Positions 41,797 to 54,400 of a stretch of DNA of 64,000 nucleotides are shown in pieces; position 1 is the first letter of the stretch, and the number at the start of each line of letters is the position of its first letter. The stretch lies in the IMG/VR virus record IMGVR_UViG_3300037322_000284; one strand, 5' to 3'. The notes under the pieces are model-generated. The model was not told the DNA's origin. It worked only from the letters and a program-made list of their open reading frames with translations, and searched no databases. The DNA is from an uncultured virus (IMG/VR IMGVR_UViG_3300037322_000284). Lineage: Duplodnaviria > Heunggongvirae > Uroviricota > Caudoviricetes. Both the position numbers and the translations under genes were made by a program.

Positions 41797-41830
41797 AAAG
41801 GGTGTATTCTATTTGAGTACACCCTTTCTC
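41797..41830 (+). terminator. Intrinsic terminator-like hairpin
   Basis: aaagggtgtattc-tattt-gagtacacccttt directly after the 41788 stop. Confidence 0.65.
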
Positions 41831-42533
41831 GTTTTAGACGTTTTAAGAGCTTGTAATTACATAAACTATATACAACCTAAATAATTGTATGTATAGGCTA
41901 TAAAAGGGTAGGAGACACCCCCCTTTTTTTAGAGTTGGAAATTATATGGAGTGGGAAATACTAGGAGGGCTTTTTGTTTGGCGAAATGTTATTTACTCGG
42001 GTCTGTCGGTTACCACTTAGGCTAAATAGCCCAACTAAATTTTAGACTTTAGGAGGGTACCCCCACTTATGTATAAACCAAAAAAGATCGTGCCTTAGAA
42101 TTGATATTTTTACTTTTCGTTTCAAGTTTTATTTTTGTTGTTTGTGTTACTTTGTTTTGTTGTTCATTACTTTGTTATGTTGTTTAGTTGTATTACATTT
42201 TCTGTTTTCTTTTCTTTTTTGCGGGTATTTTAGCCTTATATTAATATAATTATGCGTGTATATACGAAATTCTTTTTTAATAAACAAATTTATTTTTAGC
42301 TTTTTATCTTTAATGTTGTCGTATCTTTGTAGTGTTGGAATTAACCAACAAATTTAATACTTATATCTTATGATTTCACTTGTTTATACTTTCGCCTCGT
42401 CTAAATGTTTTACAAAAAACAAACCTTATAAAGTTAAGGAATCGGACGAAAAAAACTATTTTATTGCTATTGATAATCAAGGCGATGAAGTTTATGTACT
42501 AAAATCTAATTTTAATCTTTAAAAAATAATATT

Positions 42534-42998
42534 ATGTACTTCACAAACTGCAATACAATTGACGAGGCAAAAAATGAATTTAGAAAACTTTGTTTAATTT
42601 TGCACCCTGATAAAGGGGGGAACGCCTCGGAGTTCATAGCAATGTATAACGAATTTAAAGCATTTAAACCACGTGAACGCAAAGAAAACGAACCCGAATT
42701 TAACGCCGATGCTTTTTATAATTTGGTTCAAAAGTTTGAAAATTTTGAGGGGTTAATCATTAACTTTGTAGGCTCTTTCATTTGGTTAGAGGGTGAAACA
42801 AAGAAACACAAAGATAGTTTGAAAGCTATTAAATTAGACGGTTTTAAACCTTTGTTTTGGGCAAAACTTAAAAAAGCGTGGTTTTATTCGCCTTTAGAAT
42901 ATAAGAAAAAAAGCGGTAAAGTAATTGATTTAAACACTATTAAAAATAAATACGGTTGCACTACCTTTCAAGCAAAACAAACTTTTAAAATTAATTAG
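42534..42998 (+). CDS. J-domain (DnaJ-like) protein
   Basis: FRKLCLILHPDKGG (HPD motif). Confidence 0.85.
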   Translation: MYFTNCNTIDEAKNEFRKLCLILHPDKGGNASEFIAMYNEFKAFKPRERKENEPEFNADAFYNLVQKFENFEGLIINFVGSFIWLEGETKKHKDSLKAIKLDGFKPLFWAKLKKAWFYSPLEYKKKSGKVIDLNTIKNKYGCTTFQAKQTFKIN

Positions 42999-43224
42999 TA
43001 AAATGGTTTAACCGTTCCAATTAAAAACGGTTTATCATTATGAATACATTACTATATTTTTTCATCTTTTTAATATTTGTTTATTTGTTTCTATGTAATG
43101 AAAATAGAAATTTTGAGTATAAGAATTTTTTTAGGTTTATTATATTCCTTATTTTACTCTTTTTTTGCGCAAAAATTGATAGTTCAGTAAGTTAATTTTT
43201 AAAGTTTATACAACAAAATAAACT

Positions 43225-46200
43225 AATAAACAAATTTTATATAAACTAATTTTAAAGTACATTTGTACTGTAATCATTAAATAAATATAGTTATGAATAT
43301 TCCAATAGGTCAAATTAAAATGTTTTTAGTAACTGGTAAAGATAGAAGCGGTAAAAGGTTTAAGATAGAAAGCACTAGCTATTCCTATGTATGTATGATT
43401 AACATATATAACGGTTCAGTTTGGGCGGTTTTGGATAGCGGTAAAAGAAAACTTCTTAAAAGAGTTTACAACTAGTTCATACAATAAAAATAATTAATAA
43501 ACAACTTTTTTATAAAAAACTTTAATAGTACATTTGTACTCTAATCATTAAATAAATAATACCATGAAAACGTTAATAAAAAAATTCAGCAAGTCAATTT
43601 TAGAAGTGAGAATAACAACTGAAAGAGGCTATTTTAGTGTAACAGGTAACTACTATGAAAAGTTACCAAAAGGGCAAAAATATTTTGACTACAAAGATTT
43701 TAACGGTTCAAAATTTGAATTTGTTGAAGGGGGTTGTATTCACGAACGTATATTAAAAACCTTTCCAAATTTACAGAAGGCTGTCAACTTACATTTATCT
43801 AATTTAGAGGGTGAACCTTTACACATGATTGCAAACGGTATGTATCACTACGGTATAAACCCACAAACGGCAAAAAGTTATTTAAGGATAACAGATGAAG
43901 ATTTTGAGGGCGTAAAAAATGAAAAGGATTTAGTATGTTTATTTCCTAAATTATACCTACAATATAAAGCGGAATCTTTAGAGGTTATGCAAATTATTAA
44001 CGACCTTAAATAAATAAGCTATGCAACTACCTAAACAGTATTTTGTTCTTTATGGAGGCAAATATAACAACGAGAAACAAAAGTACACCAATGATGAAAA
44101 TACAGCCTTTAATTGGTCGGTAAAGTATAGTGGAACAGTTTACATAGATACACGATATAAAGCAAAAGTTAGATTGTATTGGTATCTTTGGCGTAAAAAA
44201 GAGTATAACGATTAAACAAATAAAAACGATGATAAAAAGCGAACAAACAGTAATTTTTGGCGAAAAAAGATTGAAACAAAACTTTTAAGAAAGCAATCAG
44301 GATTAAACTACCTACTTTTAAAGGATGAAAACAAACAGTACTACATACATAGACTGAGAGACAAAAAAACTGTTTTAATATGTTCTAATAATGAAGCAGA
44401 AGCATTTATTTTGTATGGTTTAAGTGATAACAGAGATGAAGTAAAGCAACTATTCATATAACAAAAATAGCTAATAAACAAATTTATTTTTAAAAATCTT
44501 TTCTTTACATTTGTAAGGAATTAAAAAACTAACAAAATGATACAAAAAATAAACAAAGGAGGTTTTATATACTTTCAATTTGATACGGTTTATTATTGCT
44601 TTATTGCATTTTCTTTGTCCGCATTATTAAACCAACTACCAACGGAATTTAAAAATATTTGTTTAACACAATTAAATTAACAGTTATGTATAAAAATATA
44701 ATCTTCACAGTAATACTAGTAGTTATAATTGTAACTATTCACATAATAACACCAATACAATACAAATAATGAAACATTTAAAAAGACAAAGTACAAAGCA
44801 ATATAATTTACTAAAGAACGAGCAAACAAATATTTATTTTGTTGAGTGTTTAAATAGTGGCAAGGTTGCTAAAATTGGCAACAAAGAAAAAAGCGAATCA
44901 TTTATTATTTACGGAATTAAAGAGAGCCTAACGGAATTAAAACAACTAAAATTTAATTAATATGAGCACAGATAACATAATATTTGAAAATATTGATACA
45001 CCCAAAGAAGTAGCTATTAAAACAACGCAAATATTTGCGGGATCAGATAACCTCAAAAAAGAATTAAAGAAGCTAAAAGTTGATTATACAAAGGTTTACA
45101 GAGGGGTTAAAGTTGTGTACATTTTAAGGGGTGCAAGTATTGGACGTATTGAAGTAGTTTTAAAATAATGAATTTAGTAGTAGCAGTTACAAATATCTTA
45201 TGTAAGAGGGTAACAGAGGAGGAGGCAAAAGAATTTGCTTTAAAAAATTACGGTCTTTTAGCTTGTTACATTAGAGCGAGACAAATAGATAAACTAATTA
45301 AAAAATAGTAAGTTATGAAAAAAATAAGCAAATTAAATATATTAAGTTGGGGGGTAAGTGTTCAGATAAAAAATAGACCCTCAAAAGTAGCTATTGGAAT
45401 GGCTTATACTAATGAAAGAAGGGCAAGAGTAAAGGGAAAATCTATATTTTATCACCACATAATAACAAATAATAAATGTAGTCCTGAAAGTAGAAGACTA
45501 TCAGTAAGAGGCAGTTTAGATACTTTAAATATTGTTAACTCTGTGAGTTTATATAATTACAAGAGGTTTAAAAATAAACTACCTCAACAAAAAAAAGCAA
45601 GTAATGACTATTTTAAAAAACTTTTAAACTTAACTTTGTAATTTTTTCGCAAAAAAATAGAAACTATGAAAACGAAAATAATAGGAGTAGCATTTATATC
45701 TTTATTTGTAGGTGCTATTGTAGGGGCAAAATGTATGCAAACTGATTTAGAAATTTATACAAATGATAATATTTATTTTGTGAATGGTTTAACGGTAGAA
45801 AATGAAGCCAACACAACTATATTACATTTTAATAGTAAAGCTGAATTAAAAGAGTATATAGGCACGATAACAGCTAATGAAAGTAATACAGTTGAAAGTC
45901 AATTTATTTGGAATGATGACAGAGAGAGCATACCAACTGACGGTAGTAAAATAGTTTTAGAGTTCACGAGAGATAATAAGATTTATTTAGGTACGGTTGA
46001 AGCTAAAGAGTAATTTTGCGCAAATAAGAATAAAAAAGTTAATAAACAAATAAAATATTAATTATCTTTACATTATCTTTGTAAGGAATTAAAACACAAA
46101 CGTTATGACTAATAAATTAACAGAAGTACAAACCAACTTACTGAATAAAGTAAAATTATATATAGGTAAAAATAGTCCGATGGCTTACGATAGACTTAAA

Positions 46201-49200
46201 ATATTGTGTGAATTTAAAAGTTTTGATAGTACATTTAATGTATTGTTAAATAAAGGTTACGTTAAAAATCATAAAACAAACGACTTTACAAACCAATTTA
46301 AACTTTAAAGTTATGAATTGGGTAAACATTTAAAACGTTTAAGTTGTAATTTTTGGCAAAAACAATAAAACAAAAAAAGTTAATAAACAAATATATTATT
46401 AAAAAAGATAACAGTATCTTTACAGTAACAAAAAACACTTAGAAATTATGAAAACATTATCAAATTACACAAAGGTATTATTAGGCTATGATGGTAAAGA
46501 ACCAATTTATTTAACACCTCCAAGTTGGGATTGTGGCTGGTATTGGGGTTTTGGTTATTTAGGTAACAAAAATTGTCATTATCATATTAATGAATTAATG
46601 AAAGATATAAATTTGTATGATGGTTTAAAAAATCATTTTGGTAAAACTTTTTTAATAAGAGAGTCAAATATTTGGGAATTTGCTGAACTATTTAATAGTT
46701 TTTACAAATTACAAAGTGTTGCGGAACTATACAAAACTGGTTGCAGTGGTTTAACAACAAACCCCGCAAAAGAAAGTATTAAAAATACAGATGAAGCGGA
46801 AAGAATTAACAGTATAGTATTACCACAAATTTTTGAAGAGATTTATAAAATTATTGACCTCAACAGTAACAATAAAAAAACATTTTCAAAATTAGTCTCT
46901 TTAAATTTAGAGGGCAATACAGAAAAAGTCATTCAATATATGTTAGACAACAGTATTAAAACGTACGATTTAAAAAGTATTGAAGGACTAACAAAAGACG
47001 ATGTAAGTATAATACATAGATACTATTGGGAACAATACCACGCAAATAAATAATATTAATCAAAGTACAACCCTCAATTAAATAGAATAGTTGAGAGGGG
47101 GGGCAAAAATAAATAAAGATATGAACCCATCACATTTAAAAACGGCAAAGCAACACTTAAAAAATGCTTTTACTACACATACTAACGCTTATGGTATGAA
47201 TGACAAGCCAATGTTATATGAGTACTTAAACGATGTACAAGATAGCATTATTAAAGATTTACCCGCTAGATTAACAGACAGCGAGGTGCAAAGGATTGGT
47301 GACAGTTTGGCAAACTACAATGTTAAGTTAAGACGCGAAATTTAGATAAAAACAGTTATGAACGCACAAGAGATAAAACAAGCGGTTAAAGAAGGTAAAA
47401 GAGTATGTTTAAAAAACTATAATTACCAAATTAAAATGCATCATTATTCCAATGGTGGCGAACAATGGCTAATAACTTGCTTAACTAATAATCATTCAAT
47501 TGGTTTAACGTGGCAAGATGAGGTAACTTTGAACGGTAAAGAGGAAGACTTTTATATAGATTAATTTCGCAAAACAAATAAAAAAACAGTTATGAATTAT
47601 AGCTTAGGAATATATAAAGGAAAGAGCGCAGTATATTGTAAGGAGTCAAAATGCTTCGTTTTATTTGGGGCGAAAAAAGATTTAGAAAAAAGGGTAGTAA
47701 GTTTAAATAAAAATGAAATGAAAACAATATATATCATACAAGACTGGATGGGAAATAGAATGTTTCCAAATAAAGATTTTAAGACCTTTGAAGAGGGGTG
47801 GAACTATATACACGAGAATGTAGATAACAGTTTATTTGAGGCAACACAAAACGATAATGATGATAACTATCAAGAGTACAATGTAATTTCCGCAAAAGGG
47901 AGTTAAAAACAGAAAGATATGACACCAATAAGAACCTTTGAACAAAGAAATAAAATAATAGAAGAAGTAGACAACATAGATACAGTACTAGAGCAATCAG
48001 AAAAAAGAGATATTATATACGGTACTACATTTGAAGCCTTAGAAAAATATAGAGATTATCTATATAACCTAGTAGTAATTTTTGACAAAGTAAGTTTAAA
48101 TAAATAAAGTTATGATAACAAGTAAACTAATAGACAAATACACCTTTGAACGCTTAGAGAATTACAAAGAATTGAGAGTTGATGATTATATTTTAAATGG
48201 GAATACTATAATTATAAATTACAGTTACCAATACAATTGGAGCACCGATAGAAGTTATGGAAACTCTATACAAGTTGAGTTATTAGATTATATAACGTGG
48301 ATGTTTAATCAAAAATAGTTTGTAATTAATTAGGTATTGCGGAAAGTATTTTGTACATTTGTTTAAGAAATCAATGTTTAACGGCTAAAAAACTTATCAA
48401 TGGGGTACATAGCAAGGCAAATAAGCACAAATATAACGTATTATAGCAAGGGAGCAAACAAAATAGCTGATAAAATAGGGTGCAACTATTCAACCATCAC
48501 TAAATTTTTCGCAAAAAGAGAAAATAAGGGTAAAGATAAAGAGATTAAAGGGTACATTATAAGTCAAACAGTTGATTTAGCCTACCAAAACAGAGGAAAT
48601 AACATCAAAATCAATATTTAACGGTTAAAAAGCTTATACAAATGAAAGTAAAAGAGAAAATATCTACCTATTTCGCTAAAGAAAGATTAAAAGAACAGAT
48701 AAAAGATAGAGAACTAATCATAAACGGAATACTAAAAACAATAAAGAACAGTAACAACATAGAAGAACAAATAAACATATTCTTAGAAGTACAAAAACAA
48801 TTCAATCAGTTTATTATAAGCGAAAAACAACGACTAACACACGATGTTAAATGTATTGAAGCCTTTGAGAGTGGGAGTACTATGTAAAACATAATAGTAA
48901 ATTGTTTCACGTGGAACATAATAGTTGGAGATCGCCACCCACCAATTTGAGCCTTTTATCCGCCTACTAATAACCTACAACACAATAATATTACTTAAAA
49001 AAGTGCCAAAATATGAAAATTTTACCTATCTTTGAATAGAGTATGGTAAGTTAATTTAAAACAGTTAGAAATTATGGAATTTAAAATACTAACACCTAAA
49101 GAATTTACAAAGGCTTTTCCAAAAGTGAAGTTATCAGAAGAGTTTTTTAGAATAACTGAGTTTACAAAAGTAGTGAGAATTAAAGGTACTAAAAGGTTTA

Positions 49201-51468
49201 GACCTTTATATGCAAACTATATAGGAGTTTATTATCTTATTAAGGGGAGGGAGTGTTATGTTAAGTAAATTACTGTTTCTTTCTTTTCCCGCCCGATTTA
49301 TTACACTAACAAAAACCTATACAAAGCGTGTAGGATATTAAAACAGTTCATTTAAGCCACTATAATACATATTACTTATATAGTGTAGCTTTTAAAATAA
49401 TAACCCTTTAAAATTAAGATTATGAAAAAAGTAAAAATATACAATAGTTTGCAAAATATTTATCAAACATTAGAATTGAATATTGACTGTATTATAGTAT
49501 CTTTGCCGTTTGGTTTATCTTATAGACGTTTCTTACTAGATAATGGATTAAGTTTGAATCAGTCCTTTTATAATAATGGTTTATTGAGGGAAGTGTTTAG
49601 TAATAAATATCTTTATTCTTAACTTTTTTCGCCGAAAAATAATAGAACAAAAATAATTAAAAAACAAATTTTATTTTACAAACATTTTATATATCTTTGT
49701 AATGTAATACAAATAATTTAACCGCCCACTTGGGGCATAAAAATAAAATTATGAACACAGTATCAATTGACATAGAAGAAAAAGAGTTACCTAACTTCTG
49801 TATAATTAATAAGTATGATTTAGAAAATATGCAAGAGCAAGGACATAAAACTTTGTTAGAAGCATATCCTTTCAAAGCATATAAGAACAGAATGAGTTGT
49901 AATGATTGTATCACAGTTCAAATACCTATTAATGATTATTTATTGTTTAGAGGTTATGGATTGATTGTTTAACCTTAAAATACAAACTATGAATTACGAT
50001 GTAGCACTTGAAAAGTACAGTAAAGGAATTGCACCAAGTGTAAGTACTTTTATTGATGAAGATACAATTTTATTAGGTTATGGAGAACTAGATTATGATT
50101 TTGAATTTCCTTTACCTAAAAATATTATAATAAAAGAATATGGCACTACAAGTTGGAATGAATATTTTAAGTTGAAAGGATTAAATAAATACTTAATTAC
50201 TAACTTAGAAACAGAAGAGCAAAGTATTAGCCCTTATCTTTCAGAAAGAGACTTAATTGAAAGTATGATGATTAATGAAGGTTTTAAATATGAATTAATT
50301 GATTAACATTTAAAAATTAGAATTATGGAAAATCAAGCCAGTAAATATATTTCACACGTTTACAAGCAAGAAATAAAAGAGAAGTCAGAAGTTTTAAAAA
50401 AGAAAACAATTAGCATTAAACAAGCCTTTGGAAGTTACTATATTGATGTTAATACTTACTTTTCAGAAATTGGAGACGAGATTTTAAAATATAAAGATGT
50501 AGGTTATGGAAACGTTTGCTTTTTAGGCAACATTGATGGTAAGACAGTAACACAAGGTTTATTTTATAAAAATTTAGAGATTAAAAAAGAGATTGAAAAT
50601 TTGATTATTTCACTTACTTTCATTGATGAAGATGTAAGACAAGTTATTGACTATATCCATAAAAATAACGGACAACCTAATATACAACATTCTGTACTTT
50701 ACTATTTGGCTAAAAATCAATAGAATAAAAATAATTAATAAACAACTTTTTATTTAAAAAACTTATTCTTATATTTGTAATGAATTTAAAAACTAGAAAT
50801 TATGAGTATCAAATTAGACAAAGAGGATTTATATTTAATAGCAAACGGGGAAGATTTAATTTTTGAGTATCAAGGCAAAAGAGTTGCAGAAGTACTAAAC
50901 AATGGAAAAGTAAAATACTTTGAGAAACTACCAAGAGGTTATAAAGCAGAAATGGAAAGTTTTTTAATGGATATTCAAACAGGAAAAAGAATTGTAGTAT
51001 GAAAAGTGAATTAGCACAGAAATTGGAAACCCTCTTGAACAATATGAGTCAAGAGGAGTTTGATGAAAGTTGGAATGAAATTGTAAAGTTAAAGTTTCCA
51101 AGTAGTTTTCAAGAAGTTGTTGAAAATAGAATAAAAGAACTAGAAAGAGATTGTTATATTGACAAAGAGTTAAAGAAACGGTTAATAAAAGAGAATACCT
51201 TAATCCTTAAAAAACACAAGTTATGAAAGATTTAATTATACAAAAAGCATTAGAAGTAGTAAGAACAGACTTTATGCAATACCCTGACTTTGATGAGGAA
51301 TTAGAGTTTACCTTTAATGATGCTTTAACAGTTCTTTTATCACAGTATATAGATGAGGTTGATAGTAGTGAAATATATGATTTTGTTTCAGCCTTTTTTG
51401 CGGAAAATTAACAGAACAAAAATAATTAATAAACAACTTTTTATTTAAAAAACTTTTCCTTACATTTG
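43225..51468 (+). promoter_or_regulatory. Eight repeated early promoters AATAAACAA-N24-TAnnTTTG
   Basis: Upstream boxes at 43225, 43496, 44473, 46041, 46382, 49659 (variant), 50737, 51428, each exactly 24 nt before a -7 box. Confidence 0.8.
44270..44461 (+). CDS. Paralogue of 44769-44960 with ATT (non-ATG) first codon
   Basis: IETKLLRKQSGLNYLLLKDE..YYI...AEAFILYGL...EVKQL vs MKHLKRQSTKQYNLLKNE..YFV...SESFIIYGI...ELKQL; both 192 nt. Confidence 0.55.
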   Translation: METKLLRKQSGLNYLLLKDENKQYYIHRLRDKKTVLICSNNEAEAFILYGLSDNRDEVKQLFI

Positions 51469-54400
51469 TAATGAATTTAAAAACATATAGAAATTATGCA
51501 AACAGAAATTATCAAAGAAGGAGTTTTAAATGATGATATGCTACATATAGCGGACGAAAACAAAATATTTAAAGGTGGTTATAAAGCAATTTTAGAGCAT
51601 TACACTTTTCAAAATTCATGGAGTAATCGAAAACATTTAAAACGTTTTAAAACCTTAGAAAACGCATATAAATTTATAGATAAAACTTATAATACTGAAT
51701 CTAACCTTATAGACTAAATTACTATGAACACTATTAAAACATTAGCACCGAATCAAATGTACTTCTTTTCAGAAGGTAAAATTGTATTTCAATCTTATGA
51801 CACTATTGTATGTACTATTGAGAATTACGAGAATGGAAACAACCCTATTGTAAAAATTACAGATAACCAACCTCAAAGTAAAACAACGGCTAAATATCTT
51901 AATCAGTTTTTAAATTTGCATATAGGAGTTGATAATTATAAAACCCTTGTTTAAGCCGTTTTTTGCGGAAAATTAAAAAATAGAAATTATGGGCAAAGAA
52001 ATGTTAATCAGAGGGTTTGAAGTAGGGAGAGGTTTAACTCAAGATGATTTTGAGGAGCAAGATTGGAACGATTTAGATGAGCTTTTGGCGGAATTTGGAA
52101 TAGAATATTAAAAAACAATATTATGAGTAAATTTATCAGAGTTACAGTTGTTACTTTCTTAGCTAACAAAGAACAAAAAAATAGAGAAGAGCAAAAAATA
52201 TATGTGAACGTTAATATAATAAAAGAGTTTAGTACAGAACGGGACAGTTACACATATAACGATAAAATATGTACAGTTATTAGAGTTAATTCAGGAGATT
52301 GGGGATATATTGTAACAGAAACGGAAGAGGAATTATTAGAAATGATTAATAAATAGTATTATGGAAAATATAGCTTATGGAGAAACGTTAATCAAACACT
52401 TAGATAATGAAGATTGGGATTTAGCGACTGAGTGTTTAAGTCTGTATGATGGGGATATTATAGGATTTAATCCAAAAAAGGATATTGAGGAATTGTTCCA
52501 ACACATAAGAGGTAGTTTAGATTTTAGGACGGTAACTAAAAAAGAGTTAGAAGAAATTAATAAAAGAATAACATTATGAATATTAAAGTTAACGAAAGAA
52601 CTTTCTACCTTTGGAAGTTAGAATTTTGGTGGGTTGCTTTTAATAAAGAGGAATTTTACCCCGAACAAAGGGAGCATTTATTTAAGAACGTATTTTGGCG
52701 AAAATAAAATGAAAACATACACAAAGATTAAGAGAACAATTCAAACACTTAAAAACTGTTACACGAATCAACATATAAGTAAAGAAACGGTAATAAATTG
52801 TCTTAATAATGACGATTTTCAAACAAGATATGTAAATTATTAATATTAAAACTTAACACTATGAAAACAATAAATTTTAGAAAAGACTTAGCTCAATTAG
52901 AAACAAAAATTGCAAACCGCTTATCAGAATTAAGAGATGAAAATAAAGAGATAATCTTATTTGATAAAAATGAATTAGGCAATGATACACCTGACACATA
53001 TTTTGAAATGAGAAATGATATTACAGGAAATGTATTTGATGTGTTTGTATTAGAAATTACAGATAAAGGAATTTTAGTTGTTGAAAGGGAAGACACTGAA
53101 AAATTCCACACAATAGGTTTATATGACTTATCTTCTACAACGGATAGAATAAATTTAATTGAATTAATTGAGCAAGCTAAATGAGAATACATAAAACAGA
53201 AAAATTAGAACTAATTAGACTTACTATTAAAGGAAATTCACAACCAACAGAATATCTAAACATAATTAATACAAACCATAAAGAAGTAGTTGAATTTTTA
53301 GTTAAAGAGTTTAGCGAATACAGCTTTAAAGGTAAAGGATTTATATCCACCATTGACAGTCGTTATTGTTTAGGCGGAGAAAATGGTAAAAGTCAAAGAG
53401 TTACTTTATATGGAATCAAACCACAAGAAATTGTGAAAATTTTAATAGAAAAGATTAATTAATTGCAAAATGTTGTTGTATATTTGTACAATAAAACTAA
53501 AACAAGTTAGACGCATCTTATTAAAATGGCGTGAATATTATGAGAACAGTTAGAACAAAAGTTTATCAGTTTAATGAGTTAAACGATGAAGCAAAAGAAG
53601 TTGCTTTAAATGATTACAGAAATGAAGACCACGATTTTGGAAATTGGGCAATTGATGATTGTGCATTATTAGAACCACAAGATAGTGAATTGAGAGAATT
53701 ATTTGGAGTAGATTATAATTTTCCACTAATTGAAAACAACAGGATAAATATTTATTTTGATACAGGTAGAAACAGATTTTTAGATTGTTCAAAAGCTATT
53801 GAAATTACAAATGATAAACAATTTTTAAAGTGGTTAGGTATTGATATAGATATTGAGGGTTTAAAAGATATTGAATTTAGCATTTTTACGCCAAGTTTTA
53901 GAAATGCAGATACAACTATTGATTTTGATAATTATTCAAGCGATTTTGATGAGGTTATATTATTGGCACAAAGTAAATTCAATAACCATATTCAAGATGT
54001 ATTGAAAGGAATTGAAGCAGATATTGATTATAGATATTCAGATGAAGCTATAACAGAAGATATTGAAGCAAACGAGTATGAATTTTTAAGTAACGGTAAA
54101 CAATTTTAATTATGAAAGCATTAAGACAACAACACGACAATTTGCAATCAGAAGTTTATAATAGATTTTCTGTATTGTTACAAGAAAGAGAACAATGCGT
54201 TATTTTTTCAACAGACGATGAAAATTATGAGGATAGTGAAATAGTTGATGTTATAGATGAAGTCAACGGAGGTACTTTTTCAGTCTATGTTTGCGGAATT
54301 ACAAAAGGTGGAATGATTGAAACGAGAGATTTAGAGGACGGAAGAAAAGAAGATTTTAGATTTTCAGATTTAGCAAATATTTTAGATAGAATAAATATAG

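Noticed and set aside
43225..51468. CRISPR array
   Set aside because: Repeats are degenerate, irregularly spaced, separated by whole ORFs and contain promoter boxes; no cas operon
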